Of a DNA stretch of 64,000 nt, positions 10,847 to 24,200 are shown one piece after another. The DNA is from Saccostrea echinata (taxonomy: Eukaryota), in the NCBI RefSeq assembly GCF_033153115.1, contig NW_026889758.1, forward strand, positions 2,852,001 through 2,916,000. The letters are read 5' to 3'. How positions within the stretch are numbered: position 1 is the first letter of the stretch; each line of letters starts with the position of its first letter. The notes under the pieces are model-generated. The model searched no databases, was not told the DNA's origin, and was given only the letters and a program-made list of their open reading frames with translations. The translations under genes were made by a program, and so were the position numbers.

Positions 10847-13800
10847 TTATACCAATAAGTTTAAAAGTTTTACTTCTTTAAATTCACATTTACAATGTGA
10901 TGTCGGACATTTCGGACAACTTTGTAAACACCACTGAATCATTCCCGGAACGGAACGCCAACGCTTAGTAGGGCGACAGTTCATTTGATTGGCTTTGTTT
11001 TTAACCATGTCAATGTATTTTCCGCTTCCTTTTCTTTTCAATTTTGAAACCATATCTTCATCCGATATTTCACTGGTATCTTCACTAGATTTTTTGTTGT
11101 CGGTTTCTTCTGAGTCTTCTGTTGAATCTTTTTGTATGATTTTTATCTTCTTTAGGATGCTTATGTCAGCACAGTTGTAGAATTGTTCTTGTGGACCAAG
11201 CCCAATACCACATCCGCTATCACCACAACCCCAGCTGTTACCTGAATGAAAAAAAAATGTTTTCTTTGGTAAACTTTGCATCAAGCTGAAATTTATTTCC
11301 TTGAAGAGGAATCAACCTGGTACTAGATGTTGGTCTGTGACTACATAGAAATCCTGATTGTATTACCTGCGTTATATTTCCATTGAAGAACACATTTTTT
11401 GCATGAAAAATCAGATGGCAATTTGATCCTCAATGAAATCAGTTTCTGTTTCCCAACATAAAACCTCTTGACGGTTCTTTTCCCTTTGTTATTGGGTAGT
11501 ATACGTAATACATTCTTATCTAGGCACTCCTGGGTGACAGGTTGGTCACTGTTGTCATGGGAACAGAGTTTGAACTCCATCCATCCTAAGTGGTTGGCAG
11601 TTAGATTGACAACAACGTCAATATCCTCACCGGAGCGATACGTTCTGATTACGACCCCCTTTCCAAAGAACCCACCGTCCTCGTTAGGGCGGGGTGGCAG
11701 AAGATCGTAGGCGTCCCCACAAATACCACATTTACCGCCATTCTGAGTCCAGTGGCGCTAGAAATAAGGCAGAATATTAGTAACATTTAATACAATCCCC
11801 TAGGAATGAATTGTCACGTCTTTATCTTCAACATCTCTTTTATTGTTTTCTCTTTTAAAACATTCTCTTTGTCTTCTTTTGAAATAAAAATAAAATCATT
11901 AGTAAGATAAAAAGTTTTTTTTTTTAAATATTTTATTCTGTTTTCTTTGGATCTGCAAGCAACTGAAAAATCAATTAATTATCACCATTTAATCCTTTTT
12001 TATGCCCCCGTATCGAAGATTGGGGGTATATAGTTTTTGCCCTGTCCGTCTGTCTGTCTGTTTGTCCGCAAAAACTTTAACATTGCCCATAACTTTTGAT
12101 TGGTTGGAGCTATGACTTTCATATTTCACATGTGCATTCCTTGTGACAAGACCTTTCCTTGGGCACCCTCATATTTGACCTTTTGATCTTGACCTTGGAG
12201 TTTGACCATCTTTTACAAAATTTTATGAGACTTTAACCTTGGCCATAACTTTTGAACAGTTGGTGCTTTGGGTTTCAAACTTCATTTGTATATTTCTTGT
12301 GACAAGACCTTCCTTTGGATACCAACAACTTTGACCTTTTGATCTTGACCTAGGAGTTTGACCTACTTTTGAAAAACTTTAACCTTGGCCATAACTTTGG
12401 AAAGGTTGGTGTTAGGGTTTCCATTTTTAAAATGTCAATTCCTTGTGACAAGACCCTCTTGGATACCAAGCACTTTCACCCTTTGACCTTGGGGTTTAAC
12501 TTACTTTTGAAAAACTTTTATCTTGGTCATAACTTTTAATCATTTTGTGCTAGGGCTTTCATACTTCACATGTGCATTCCTTGTGACAAGACTTCCCTTT
12601 GGATACCAACAATTTTGGCAGTGACCTTGACCGAGGAGTTTTGAACTACTTTTAAAAAACTTTAACCTTCGTCTTTACATGTGAACGTTTGGTTCTAGGG
12701 CTTTCACATTTCACGAACATTGTGTATCACTAGTGACAAGACCTTCCCTTGGGGCCCCATTTGACCTTGACCTTGACGTTTTACTTACTTTTAAAAAACT
12801 TAAACCTTCGCCATAACTTTTGAACAGTTGGTGCTAGGGGTTTCAAATTTCACAGGTATATTCCTCGAGACAAGACCTTTCTTTTGGTACCAACATTTTT
12901 GATCTCTTGACCTGGAGTTTGACTTGCATTTCAGAAACTTTAACCTTCGCCATAAGCTGTCATACAGGGGACATCAGTATTTCACAAACACATTTTGTCT
13001 TTTTAATATCACGACGTATATTTTTCAATTCTTATAGTTTAGCATATATATGCAAAACATATGCTAAACTGTCTCGGACATTTGTTTAAGTTCGGTATGA
13101 TAGATAGACACAGCAAGTAAATGATGATGAATTGGATAAAGCTTGTTTTTTTCATGATTTTGCATGTCCACAGCGATGTTTCTTTATAGCTTCATAAGCA
13201 CGTGACACATCAGCAGGGCAGTTATCATGAGTTCAAAGAGGTCAAACTATTTCATTTAAACGCAGTCCTCATCATATTTTTGCTGTCGATACCGCCTTTC
13301 CACGCACTTCAATAAACAAGTATTTTGCGCGGTGGAAAAATGATGAATGTCACCTCAATGATAACTCAAGGTCGAGACGCCCCAAAGAAATGAAAAACAA
13401 TATTAAAATTTGTCTCTTCAACTGAAAAACGGTACCATTCGTCACTCTTAATTAGTAGCAAAATTTCATCTCTTAAAGTAGTTCTCTAAGTTCGTGCCTC
13501 TTAGTTCATTTTCGTAATAAAGTCTAGATGGGAAGTTTTTTTTTCCCCCGTGACTGCTGATACATGCTAAGAAGACTATTGAATCTATAGCTACAAAGTA
13601 AACGAGCATCAGAACTCAAAACTTTATAACCATTGATACCCTAAAAAAAGAAGAAAAAAAAGTTGTACAAGGAGATAATGAACCTAAAATTGTTGTAATA
13701 CGACTTATTTGAATTATAATTTATAATAAGTTAAACAAAGATACAGTGCCATATCAAATATCAGAGCTTCCAATTAAAGCCCTTATTTCATTAGCACAAG

Positions 13801-15853
13801 ATAGACAATTGTCATGTACATGTACTTAGTCCAATTCTAAAATACCAAACGTGTTTTTTTAGTTAAATGGTAAGTTTCTCAGAAAAAAATCCCTTTTCTA
13901 TCCAAAGCTTTGAATCGTTTAAAGCGATGAATTTTTTTAATGAAATTCTGTAGATTAAAAGTAAAAAAGTTTTACGCCTCCTTATTGCGATCGATCAAAG
14001 AGAATCTTTTATAAAAATACCAGGAAGTGAGTGAAAAACTTCAACCTCTAAACAAGATATCAAAGCCTGGATCAAAATAGCAACTTCTTCTGGAGAAAAA
14101 CTTAGTTCTAAATAGCACCTAAAAGTATAAGAACCAGATGTTTAAGAATATCAATGATATTAATTTTTTTTTACCTCTTAAAGAATTTAATCTCTTTTGA
14201 CTTTTTACCTATCTAGTATGTAAAAATAGATTTGGTCAGGATACCGGTGTACCTGACCTGACTACAGATATGTGGGGATAAAGTGACCCAGCTTAAGTTT
14301 ACAGATGATATACGTTACTAATGCGGTCTATTTATAAACATCATCGTACATCAAAATGTATTCTTTTACGTCTTTCCTAAAAGCAAGTCGTCCAGTTGAC
14401 GAAGCATATAATTTATAGATAATTCATCAACCGGACAACAATTAACAGGACACAATTAATTTGTCCACTGTAAAAGGTCAACAACTGAATTATACAATGC
14501 AGTTGATTAATATTTTCTGAATGTTTAAAATGAATAAAAAAAATTAAAAAGCATATAGCCATAAAGATAGAGTTGTGTAAACCGATAACCTTTTAAAGGA
14601 TTTTTTAATCAACAGGTAAATTCATCAAAGCTTTGCAACTGAATGTGTAAATTAATGTCATTGAAGAATGTATTTGTTTTAGGATCTACAACATGACTTG
14701 TTATCTTAAGAATGTTAATGCACGTCCTTATAAATTCTTTTGTGCATAATGCCCTATTTGTCTAAAAATTATTAAAACAGACGAATAATTTTTCCATACA
14801 AAGTTATATAACTATTGGAGTTGAGTTACAGTTTAAAAGACGAAAAATAAGNNNNNNNNNNNNNNNNNNNNNNNNNNNNNNNNNNNNNNNNNNNNNNNNN
14901 NNNNNNNNNNNNNNNNNNNNNNNNNNNNNNNNNNNNNNNNNNNNNNNNNNNNNNNNNNNNNNNNNNNNNNNNNNNNNNNNNNNNNNNNNNNNNNNNNNNN
15001 AATTTTTTCCCCTTAAAATCTTTTGTATCCAGTTCATTATATCTAAATCTCATTTCATTTGTAAATGTACTAATTCTACATTTAACAATTGCTTTGATTT
15101 TAAATGCCATCATACTAATTAAGTTTAATTTTTTTTCTAGTGAACTAAATAGTGAGAAAGCTAAACCGTGAAAGATTTATGGTGCGTGCATGTAATTGTA
15201 ATTTTCTACTGACAGAGGTCGTAAAAGTAAGCAGTAAGGTGGGACATTATCTGAAATTTATTATAAATACTTTAGTAATAGTAGACATTATATATGATTA
15301 AACGTGTATTTTCTACCCTCCCTTCTTCCAATCAAGTGTTCTGATTTTTTGAACTTATTTCAGCAGAGAAAACATATCTTTATGACCCCTGAATTCAAAT
15401 CAAGTTAATATTCATCACTTAAGCAACGTTAAATATTGATTCTATCATTGCATATTAAAATCTACTTTAATCAATTTTACTTTAAAGTTTAAATATTAAA
15501 ATTATTTTAAGTTATGATTAAAGGTGAGATTAAAAAATATCGTATATATCATCCAAGTTTTTACCTTATTGGAAGTGTAAAACATTTCTTATTACAAAAG
15601 TGATTGTTTTATTTAAACTGGTTGATTTCATTTTAATTATAAATGTCTGTGAATCAACCATCCCGCCACTCACCTTAAATCCGCCACAATTAAGGGCGTT
15701 ATCATTGTAATTATCAGGCCCGAGTCCATGTCTCCAGAGAGAGGAACGCTGGGGTGGTTCCACGAGGTATCCATGGCCTTTGGTTCTAGGAAGGCCGTAA
15801 AATATCACGACAATCAAAATCCAGAGCCAGCGCATACACGGAGTCCACTGCAT
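10847..15853 (-). CDS. Lytic polysaccharide monooxygenase, AA15 family (chitin-binding type-4 domain), 321 aa, with C-terminal six-Cys module; exons 15674-15853, 11367-11757, 10847-11241
   Basis: A 26-aa signal peptide precedes His1 (G|HGYLVEPPQRSSLWR). Family motifs NYNDNALNCGG, NGGKCGICGD, LTANHLGWMEFKLC, CVLQWKYNAGNSWG and GPQEQFYNCADI are present. GT-AG junctions are phase-compatible (0 and 1) and give an intact frame. Confidence 0.93.
11995..12998 (+). mobile_element. Second HINE/pearl-like non-autonomous element with ~6 internal ~130-157 bp tandem repeats, in LPMO intron 1
   Basis: 5' TTTTTATGCCCCC..GGGGGTATA hairpin then a (GTCT)n microsatellite. Monomers contain CCTTGTGACAAGACC and TGACCTTGACC. 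3' GGGGACATCAGTATTTCACAAACACATTTTGT. Confidence 0.75.
14852..15000. other. Assembly gap (149 N) in LPMO intron 1
   Basis: Run of N. Confidence 1.
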
Positions 15854-18238
15854 CTTGACTGTGTGCAACCATCGGAAACCAGAGAAATTTAAATAAAATT
15901 GGTAAAGAAGGAGGAAGGTGTTTACAAAGGCCAGACTTATTGCAACTGCAGGGTATGAATGTGTATCACACAATGCACAGAGTCTTTTGTGGGTCAAAAA
16001 TACCGGCTAGCGACGTTTCCATATGAACTTTGTGACCTATACCTTAAACATCTGAGATTTGGGTCTGTTTGGGGGTAATTAATAATAAACTAACAACACG
16101 GTCGAATGTCAAAAGGCATAGGATGAGATCATTACAACAGAGGTATAAAACTCATCAAAGGGATAAGTCAGCAAATCTTAAACAGAAACTTTTTAAAACA
16201 TTCAAATATCATTTAAGCCAAGACAGATTTTTAAATTCACTACATACGAGTGAGAGAGAGAGAATATAGTGGTCAAGTTAGTCTAAGTTCAATTTCCTTT
16301 ATTTCACTTTGCTAATTTACATGCTGATATTTATGGCTTGAATTCATAGAATCCTAAACAACCTGTATTTCGGGGAATATTAACGGACACCGGAGACCTA
16401 GAATGACGGTAAATTGGACACTCTGCAAATTCTAAGAATTATGAAGCTTTAATTTAATAAGGTATATCAGGATTAAAATATATGTACTGCTTTTGAATTG
16501 TTCTTAAAAAAGGCCATTCAGGGACAGCGATTGAAAAGTTAAGTTCACAAGAAAAATCATTACACTGTATTCATTTCAAAGGGATGATAAATTTTATAAT
16601 CCATTGTATAACTTAAGCTGTGACATTCATAAAAGTTTCTGTTAAGCCACAAATATTTGTATTGTATTTTAAAGTTGTATGTGTGTGAGTGGGGAAGATG
16701 GGGGTAGAAAAAAAATGACAATTTACCTGAAAAATCTTTGTCAAGCCCTAAAAGGGATATTTGTCCAAACTCGTAAAATCCCATTTCGTGAGGAGTGGAT
16801 GGGGTGGGTGGGGGAGAAAAATTTTGAATATTAACATGAAATGATTTAAGTATTTCGTAACAAAAAGAGGTGGTCAACTGGCCTTTCAATGATCATTTTC
16901 ATACTAAATCAACGATGAAACGATAAAAAATTATGTTCGGAAAAGGGGTAGCTGCCCCTATACTACGTTCCTGTATACACACCGCTAATTTTATACTCAT
17001 CTTAGAGCGTATTGATTCCAAATTTTTGATTTTACGTTGGTATAATCATTTAAATTGGATAGTGCATTTTTATTTCCATGATATATAAGGTTCAACAAAC
17101 GAACCTAATGGTTTCCTCAGGCAAGTCTGACGTCGTCCTTCCCTAGTGACACAAGTACATTTTAGGCGACTCTCATCACGAATCTAAAGTCTGAATAAGA
17201 CTTTGTTCGTAACCCTTCAGGATAATACTCAAACCATGCACTTATTATAGCTAAATCACAATTGAGTCATTGTTAAAGTAAAATTATTTTCACTCTAATG
17301 CACTATTTATCTGTAATTTTATAATTAACGCTGATTTAACGATATTTTTTGTCTCATAAGAACATTAGACAAATAGTATTAATATTTATGGGTACATTCA
17401 AAATTTCGATTTGATACTTGTAATATTTGATCTGTGATATGAACCTTATCGGGCGCGTTATTCAAGGTAGTCCCTACCATGGCAAAAGAAAGCAAAGCAC
17501 AAAGCACAAACAGGTATTTGAAAGAACATCATGAAGATCACAAAAACTTTATTAAGTTACCCCACCCCCAATTTATTAGGTATATATTATCCAGAATATT
17601 TTTGCTATTTAAACTTTAGTTACCTTAAGCTAACACAAGATTTTCACTTCAATTTTAGCCATTTTGTTGTTGTTGTTGTTGTTGATTTTATGTTCTTATT
17701 TCACATACATTTTGAATAATATACTTCTCTGTTTATAAGTAGCATGTTTGACATATAGGAAAAGTTTTATTTTTTATTTAATCATACGTAGTACTTGATT
17801 GCACAACATATACTTAGACAGTACAGAATATTTGTTTACAAATAAAATATTAAGCTAGATCTTATAATAAACAACACAAAATAAACACTGCATGGCCTGT
17901 CTAAAAAAAGAGATTTTTCAAAAATTAAAAAAAAAAATAAGATTGAATGGGGTGAAATGAAATGATTGAACCTGCACAAAATTTGTTCTCTGGGCGTTTT
18001 CTTTGTTTTAAAATAAGTTAACGTACATGTATGTGTTTCGAGTGCAAAACTAGTATTACATTGTATATTAATAAACAATGTAAAGATTTTCAGAAAACTT
18101 TATTTGATGAACAAATTGATATCATTTCTTACATCTATTATTATCACTTATTAAGTTGCTTTCATTAGAAATCATCCTTGATATATACACTGTTAAAGGG
18201 TTTAATCAAAATGGGTCAATATTTCTTATCGCTTAACA

Positions 18239-21200
18239 ATGGCGAACATAGCAGCTGTTCTACATGGAGCAAATGACTTGCGAGTTGTAAGCATTTTTTA
18301 TATAAAGAAATTGCAAATACACTTTTCACTCGTCTACTGTAAAAGTTGATATTATTGCAAGATATTTTTAGGGCACCTGCTTAATTCATGTAAATCCTAT
18401 ATGTACAAATATATTTGTCAACGCACCTGCCATCATTTCAACGGTAATGGGTCAATTGGCCACCAGACTTTATATATCCGACTTGGAAATATGAAATAAA
18501 TAACAGATCTTTAGCAGCTAATTCATTATAGCTTTTGTTTAAGTAACACCACAATCTGTTAACTCTCTCCCTTTTAAGTACAGTTCTCTGTATAATTTTC
18601 TCTCATTAAGGAATCTCTCATTCTAATTTTCAGGAATCAATTCCTCTGCCTGAAATAAAGGAAAATGGTATGTCCCTTTTAACTTTTGAGTCATAAAGAT
18701 ATTTTGACAAAGCAGTATTCTACTTTAAGGATGAATTTTTTTTTCATATTTATTGTCTTTAAAATTTCATTAAATTTCACACAATCAAGAAGCTAATATA
18801 TCACTAAGTTATGACATCATATCAGTGAACCGACTTATTTTAGTAACAGTCAGGTCAAGGTCATCAAGTTTTTTCTCGACATGAAGGATTAAAAATTACT
18901 GTTGCCATGTTATGTCCACTTCTATTAAAAATATGTTTGTTCATCTTTTTGCATTAAACAGATAATACCACATGAGGTCTAACAAGAATAACAAGGCTGT
19001 AGTTTGAAAATTTTTATTTATATATTTCAAAACTTCTAGTTTCTAATAATAATTTTCATTGGCTTAAAAAAAAAAAACATTTAGGACTTTCATTGTTTTA
19101 AACAGCGAACTTAATTCATTATCCATAGTTAATTGGAAAAGCAAATCTTGTGATATTTTCCTACGCTGTTTTTCTGCCAAAAATATACTCCCTGCTAAAT
19201 TTTAAACTCAGTGTACCCTATAATTGTCAAGTTGTACAGTTGTAAGAAGGCAAGAAATATATGAAAAATTCCTAACATCTCAATATATTGGACATTTATG
19301 CAAATATACTTCAATGTTTTAATTAGTCAGAATCCTGGCAAGAATACCTCTTTAAGTGGAGTATATTTAACGAAATGTTTGTTAATCGGTTGCATTTCGT
19401 ACAAAGTTCTTGAAAACGTTTTGAACAGAAGTCCTCCTATCAATGAGATCGGTGGGGATCTGCGGGTCAGACCTGAAGTACTGGATGTATGGCAAATGCG
19501 GAAAGTTCACCCTGGAGAAACCCATGATTATGGGTCATGAGGGCAGTGGAAAGGTGGTCAAGCTTGGAGCAGGGGTCAAGAACCTGAAGATAGGTAGGAC
19601 CTTTGAAAATAGATAGGATCTCTCAAAAGAGATATGGGGATCAAGCTTGGAGCTGGGGTCAAGAACCTGAAGATAGGTAGGACCTCTGAAAATAGATAGG
19701 ATCTCTCAAAATAGATATGGGGGTCAAGCTTGGAGCTGGGGTCAATCATCTCAAAATAGGTAGGATCTCTCAAAAAAGATGAAGTAATCAAGCATGAGGC
19801 TGGGGTAATACATCTATGAAATATGAAGATAACGAACAGTATTCAATCTCAAAAGTCCAATGAAACGATACAAATTTGGAGAAGAGCAAACACGGACCTC
19901 AAAATTTAGAGGTGGGATCAGGTGCCATGGAGGAGTGAGCATCCCCTGCCGACCGGTCACACCCGCCGTGTGCTCCTTCATGATCGGGAAACAAAAACCA
20001 GAAAAATCCGTAGAAAGTTCAGTGTATAAATAATGGCCTAACAATTAGTATGAAAAACGCCATCAGCCTTTGACTCAATGATAGGTTGTATGTACTGATA
20101 AGTCATTGTATCGAACAAAAAAACTTGCGAAAAGATGACTTCAAACGAGACATTTGATATCCTTGTTTCGTCAACTTGTTTGTCAATAGCTTGCCTCGTT
20201 TTAGAAATTATTTATACGTTGAGCATGCTCTTGCGTATCGAATCAACTGAGAGACATAAACCCATATGCAGATGATAAGGGTATATTGCTACATAAGTAA
20301 AGGATGTTGACGATTGAAAAGTTGAAGTCATCACGTTTATCATAAAGCTTTGTTGTTAGTTTACCCTTTACGTCTTTTTCTAGTAAAATATCTAAATATC
20401 AAACAGATGTGTCAGAATCTGTGGTATCTTTTCTTTCAAGCTCACTGGGATATATCGAGTCGACATATGAATGAAAGTAACTATTGTTAATTGATAATAC
20501 GTCGTCGATATATCGGAATGTCGAGTTGAAGGCCATAGTAAGTGTTTTCTTCTACTTCATATGAATACAAAAATAGGTCTGTTAATAAGGGGGCGCAATT
20601 GGTACCCATATGAATTTCATTTTCACCTGCATTCATTTGTCAACTCGATATATCCCATTGAACTAGAAGTAAAAACACTACAGAGTCATATTTGAATGTT
20701 TTACTTAATATAAACGTTCATGTCAAACTAACAACTTTCCACATTTATTATGCAATAGTATTCCATGTTCACCTGCATGTGGTGTTTGTGTTATCCAGCT
20801 GATTCGGTATAAAAAGAGCATACTCTGAGGCAGATCAATCTTTAAACTGAGACAGATTACTGGCTTATAAATCGATGTTATGAGGCTTTCAACTATATCG
20901 TTTAAAGTCAGCATTTCTCAAATTCTGTGGCCATGTTCGCATTCAAAAACCATGAGTGGGGCGAACTTTGACGGACATGTTTCAGACCATTAATTATTAG
21001 GCTATTATATTCTTGCTATAACTGACTACGGATAACTCCATTTGCCTGATCCATATATAGTATGGCTGATCGACAGGGGATGCTTACTCCTCCTAGGCAC
21101 CTGATCCCACCTCTGGTGTTTCTCTGCCTTGTTCGCGGCTGATTTTGTGAGATCTCTGTTCGTTATCTTCAGCTTTTTCAGCTACTAGTTATATATTTTA

Positions 21201-24200
21201 TTCTCATTATTTAGTGTTATTTGTCTGAATTTTTAAACAACCACATGGATTAATAATATTTCACTGGTAAACATCGTTCTCTTACTTTCAGTAATTCAAT
21301 ACAAAAGATATAAACATGGATGCCAGTATTTCAGAATTTTTTTATTGCTTTTGCTAAGACAATTTATTTTATGTGTCATGAGAAATTAAAGTAACATCAT
21401 TTGCTCAGTATACTCTTTATGGAAAGAATAGCTTTCCATAAGAATAATATTCATTACGTAGAAGATTGCGTAATATATCTTACATGAGAATTTTTATGAA
21501 ATACTTCAAATGTGACACGTTTTCTGTCTCTGGAAAGCACAGTAGTTGTTGAAAACCCTCTGGTTTTCTCATCCTTACTTAAGTTCATCAGAACGGGTGA
21601 TAAATCATTTTATGAGTGCAATCGTAATTGATGCCTTTTTTCTTTAAAAATAACTTTAAAACAAAGAATACGATAAGTAACACAGTTAAATCAAACTACT
21701 GTTACTAGGCAAGATTCTACATTCTCTAATCTTAACCTAAATATTTATTAAACTTGCTGAAGCTTTGTAAGATTATATTTACTATGTACGAGGGTATTTT
21801 TTAAAGTTCTGAAAATGGTTAATGGTTCATTGATAACTGATGGATTTGAATGCAAATTTAAAATAAGAATGAATGTCACCATACCAAAATACAGTATTTA
21901 TATATATATTTTTAAATTATGATCGTATAAAATGGGAAGATTTGACAGCTGTCAGGAATTCAGGTCCAATGTAATATTTTTTATCAATTGCTGACACTTT
22001 CTCAAATTGAACCACAAGTATTTAATATATGAGAAACGGGTTATTGAATGACTTTTTATTGTTTACGTCCTTACAAAGCAATCGTGCACTGTTTCCATTA
22101 TCGACATAGTACAGTAATGTGTGATTTTGACAATCATATCAGATGATGTTACTATTTCTTTTAAATAAGAACATTCAAGCCTTGTAAAAGTCCTAACGAC
22201 ACTATAATCTACCAGATGAAGATTGATAACTTTGAAAAAAATTACATGATGTAAGATGAAATGCAAATTGATTAAATTTCTGGAGTTTTCAACATTGTGA
22301 CAATCCCAGTGTGAACCATAAAAAGCCTGTTAAAATTGAGCAGACAGTTACTTTTATTTTCTAGTCATTATATATTACAAATTAAAGATGATGTCAAATG
22401 AATTCTCTATAAGTTTAATTCTTGGCACGTTCCTTAAGCTTTAAATAAACAGCCTTAAAATACATGTATGTGTGATCTAAATATGATGGATTGGTGGACA
22501 ATAAACGACATTAATTAAAAATTAAATTATCTTATATAAAGGAAAATATTAACTGATTACTGTAAATAGATACATCTTAAAATTTATTTTAGTTTTGGTT
22601 GACGAATGTTAGCTGTTGTCTAATATAACTCCTTTCTTACAATTATCCTGTGGAATGGAATTGAAATCCTCTGTTTACATATTATCTTTTTTTTAAATTA
22701 AGTTTAAAAAGAACTTTCTAAGATGAATTTCACATTGCTCTGTTTGAAGCCAAAGTTGCAACATTGATACTTGGAGAAAAGAAACATCTAAATTCAGTAC
22801 TAGTATTTGTAAACCCTCAAGTATTGTTTACTAAGACTAAATAGGGTGACCAGATTTATCAATTCTTACTAGAGATTCCGATTTTTTTTTTATTTATTGA
22901 GAATCCCAAGAATAAATTAATTTACATAAGACCAAATGATTATTTTAGATTATTTGAAATCATTAACCACAAATAAATCCATCATGACAAAATCTCCCAT
23001 AGAATATTTATGTATTTCAGCAAGATGTGTAATAGAATTTAATTGACATTCTTCGTTGTGTCCTATCCTGTTCTGTAAATCAGTATTACTTACGTGTGGT
23101 AATTAAATAAAGTATTGCGAAAGCAGTTTATATGTACGCTGTATCCAATATAACATTGAAAATTAATTTCATTTTAACATTTTTTATGTCCATTATCATG
23201 ATTTTACAAATTGAAACCAAAAATCTGTATTTCCTCAATAATATGAGCTTGCATCTATGGTTAACATTTAAAGTGAAATCATTTTAAGTTAACAGCCCAT
23301 CACTTTGATAAACAATGTTAGCAGTATATGAACAGGAGTTATGAATGTTGTTCACCATTGATATAAATAGTTATGAATGTTGTTCACCATTGATATAAAG
23401 TTATGAATGTTGTTCACCATTGATATAAATAGTAATGAATGTTGTTCACCTATGATATAAATAGTTATGAATGTTGTTCACCATTGATATAAATAGTTAT
23501 GAATGTTGTTCACCTATGATATAAATCACAAAATGTAAGTAAGCAAATGGTTTTCTTCCCAATATAGTTTTACTTCTTTCACCATCACTTGTGATACCCG
23601 TGGAAACCAACTTCGTAACGTTTGCACATTCTTCCGTTGCCCCCACACCCGAGAATAGGATAGTTTCGGACAGATTATGCGACGTATGTAATTCACCAAT
23701 GGAGAGTAAACAGTCAAATTTATAAGATCTCTGTGTCTTTTTAATAGATTTGAATGAATGAAATATACTTATAACGAACACGGTCATGTTCATAAGTCCA
23801 ATTAAACAATACAATTGAGAGCAGATCAAATATGAACCTTTGAAAATATCAGAGATTGGATAAGGTGCCGTGGAGGAGTAAGCCTCTCCTGTCGACCGGT
23901 TTCACCCCTTTGAGTCATTTGCATTGATCTATTAAACAGAAAAATACATAGAAAATTCAGTATGAAAATAATGGCCTAACATTTCTTTTTTAAAAACCTC
24001 AATCTTAAGACAGATTTTATTTACAAAGTCATTGTATAACCCATGGAATTTGCAAAATATTGGCCTTAAACAAGATTGTTGATACTCATGATTCATCAAC
24101 TTATTTAAAGTTAGCATACCTCCGATAAGAAATTGTTAGTACGTGAAACATGCTCTTGCGTATCGAATTAATCAGAAGACATGAACACCATATGCAGGTG

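Noticed and set aside
14804-15113. ORFs spanning the N run
   Set aside because: Artefacts of the assembly gap.
15854-15997. N-terminal extension of the LPMO ORF in the track (start 15997)
   Set aside because: The start is not ATG. The ATG at 15853 (or the next Met) gives a normal signal peptide ending just before His1.
23337-23527. 32-bp repeats (also 34-bp at 44677 and 28-bp at 59540) as possible CRISPR arrays
   Set aside because: They are head-to-tail with no unique spacers, there are no cas genes, and the context is eukaryotic.
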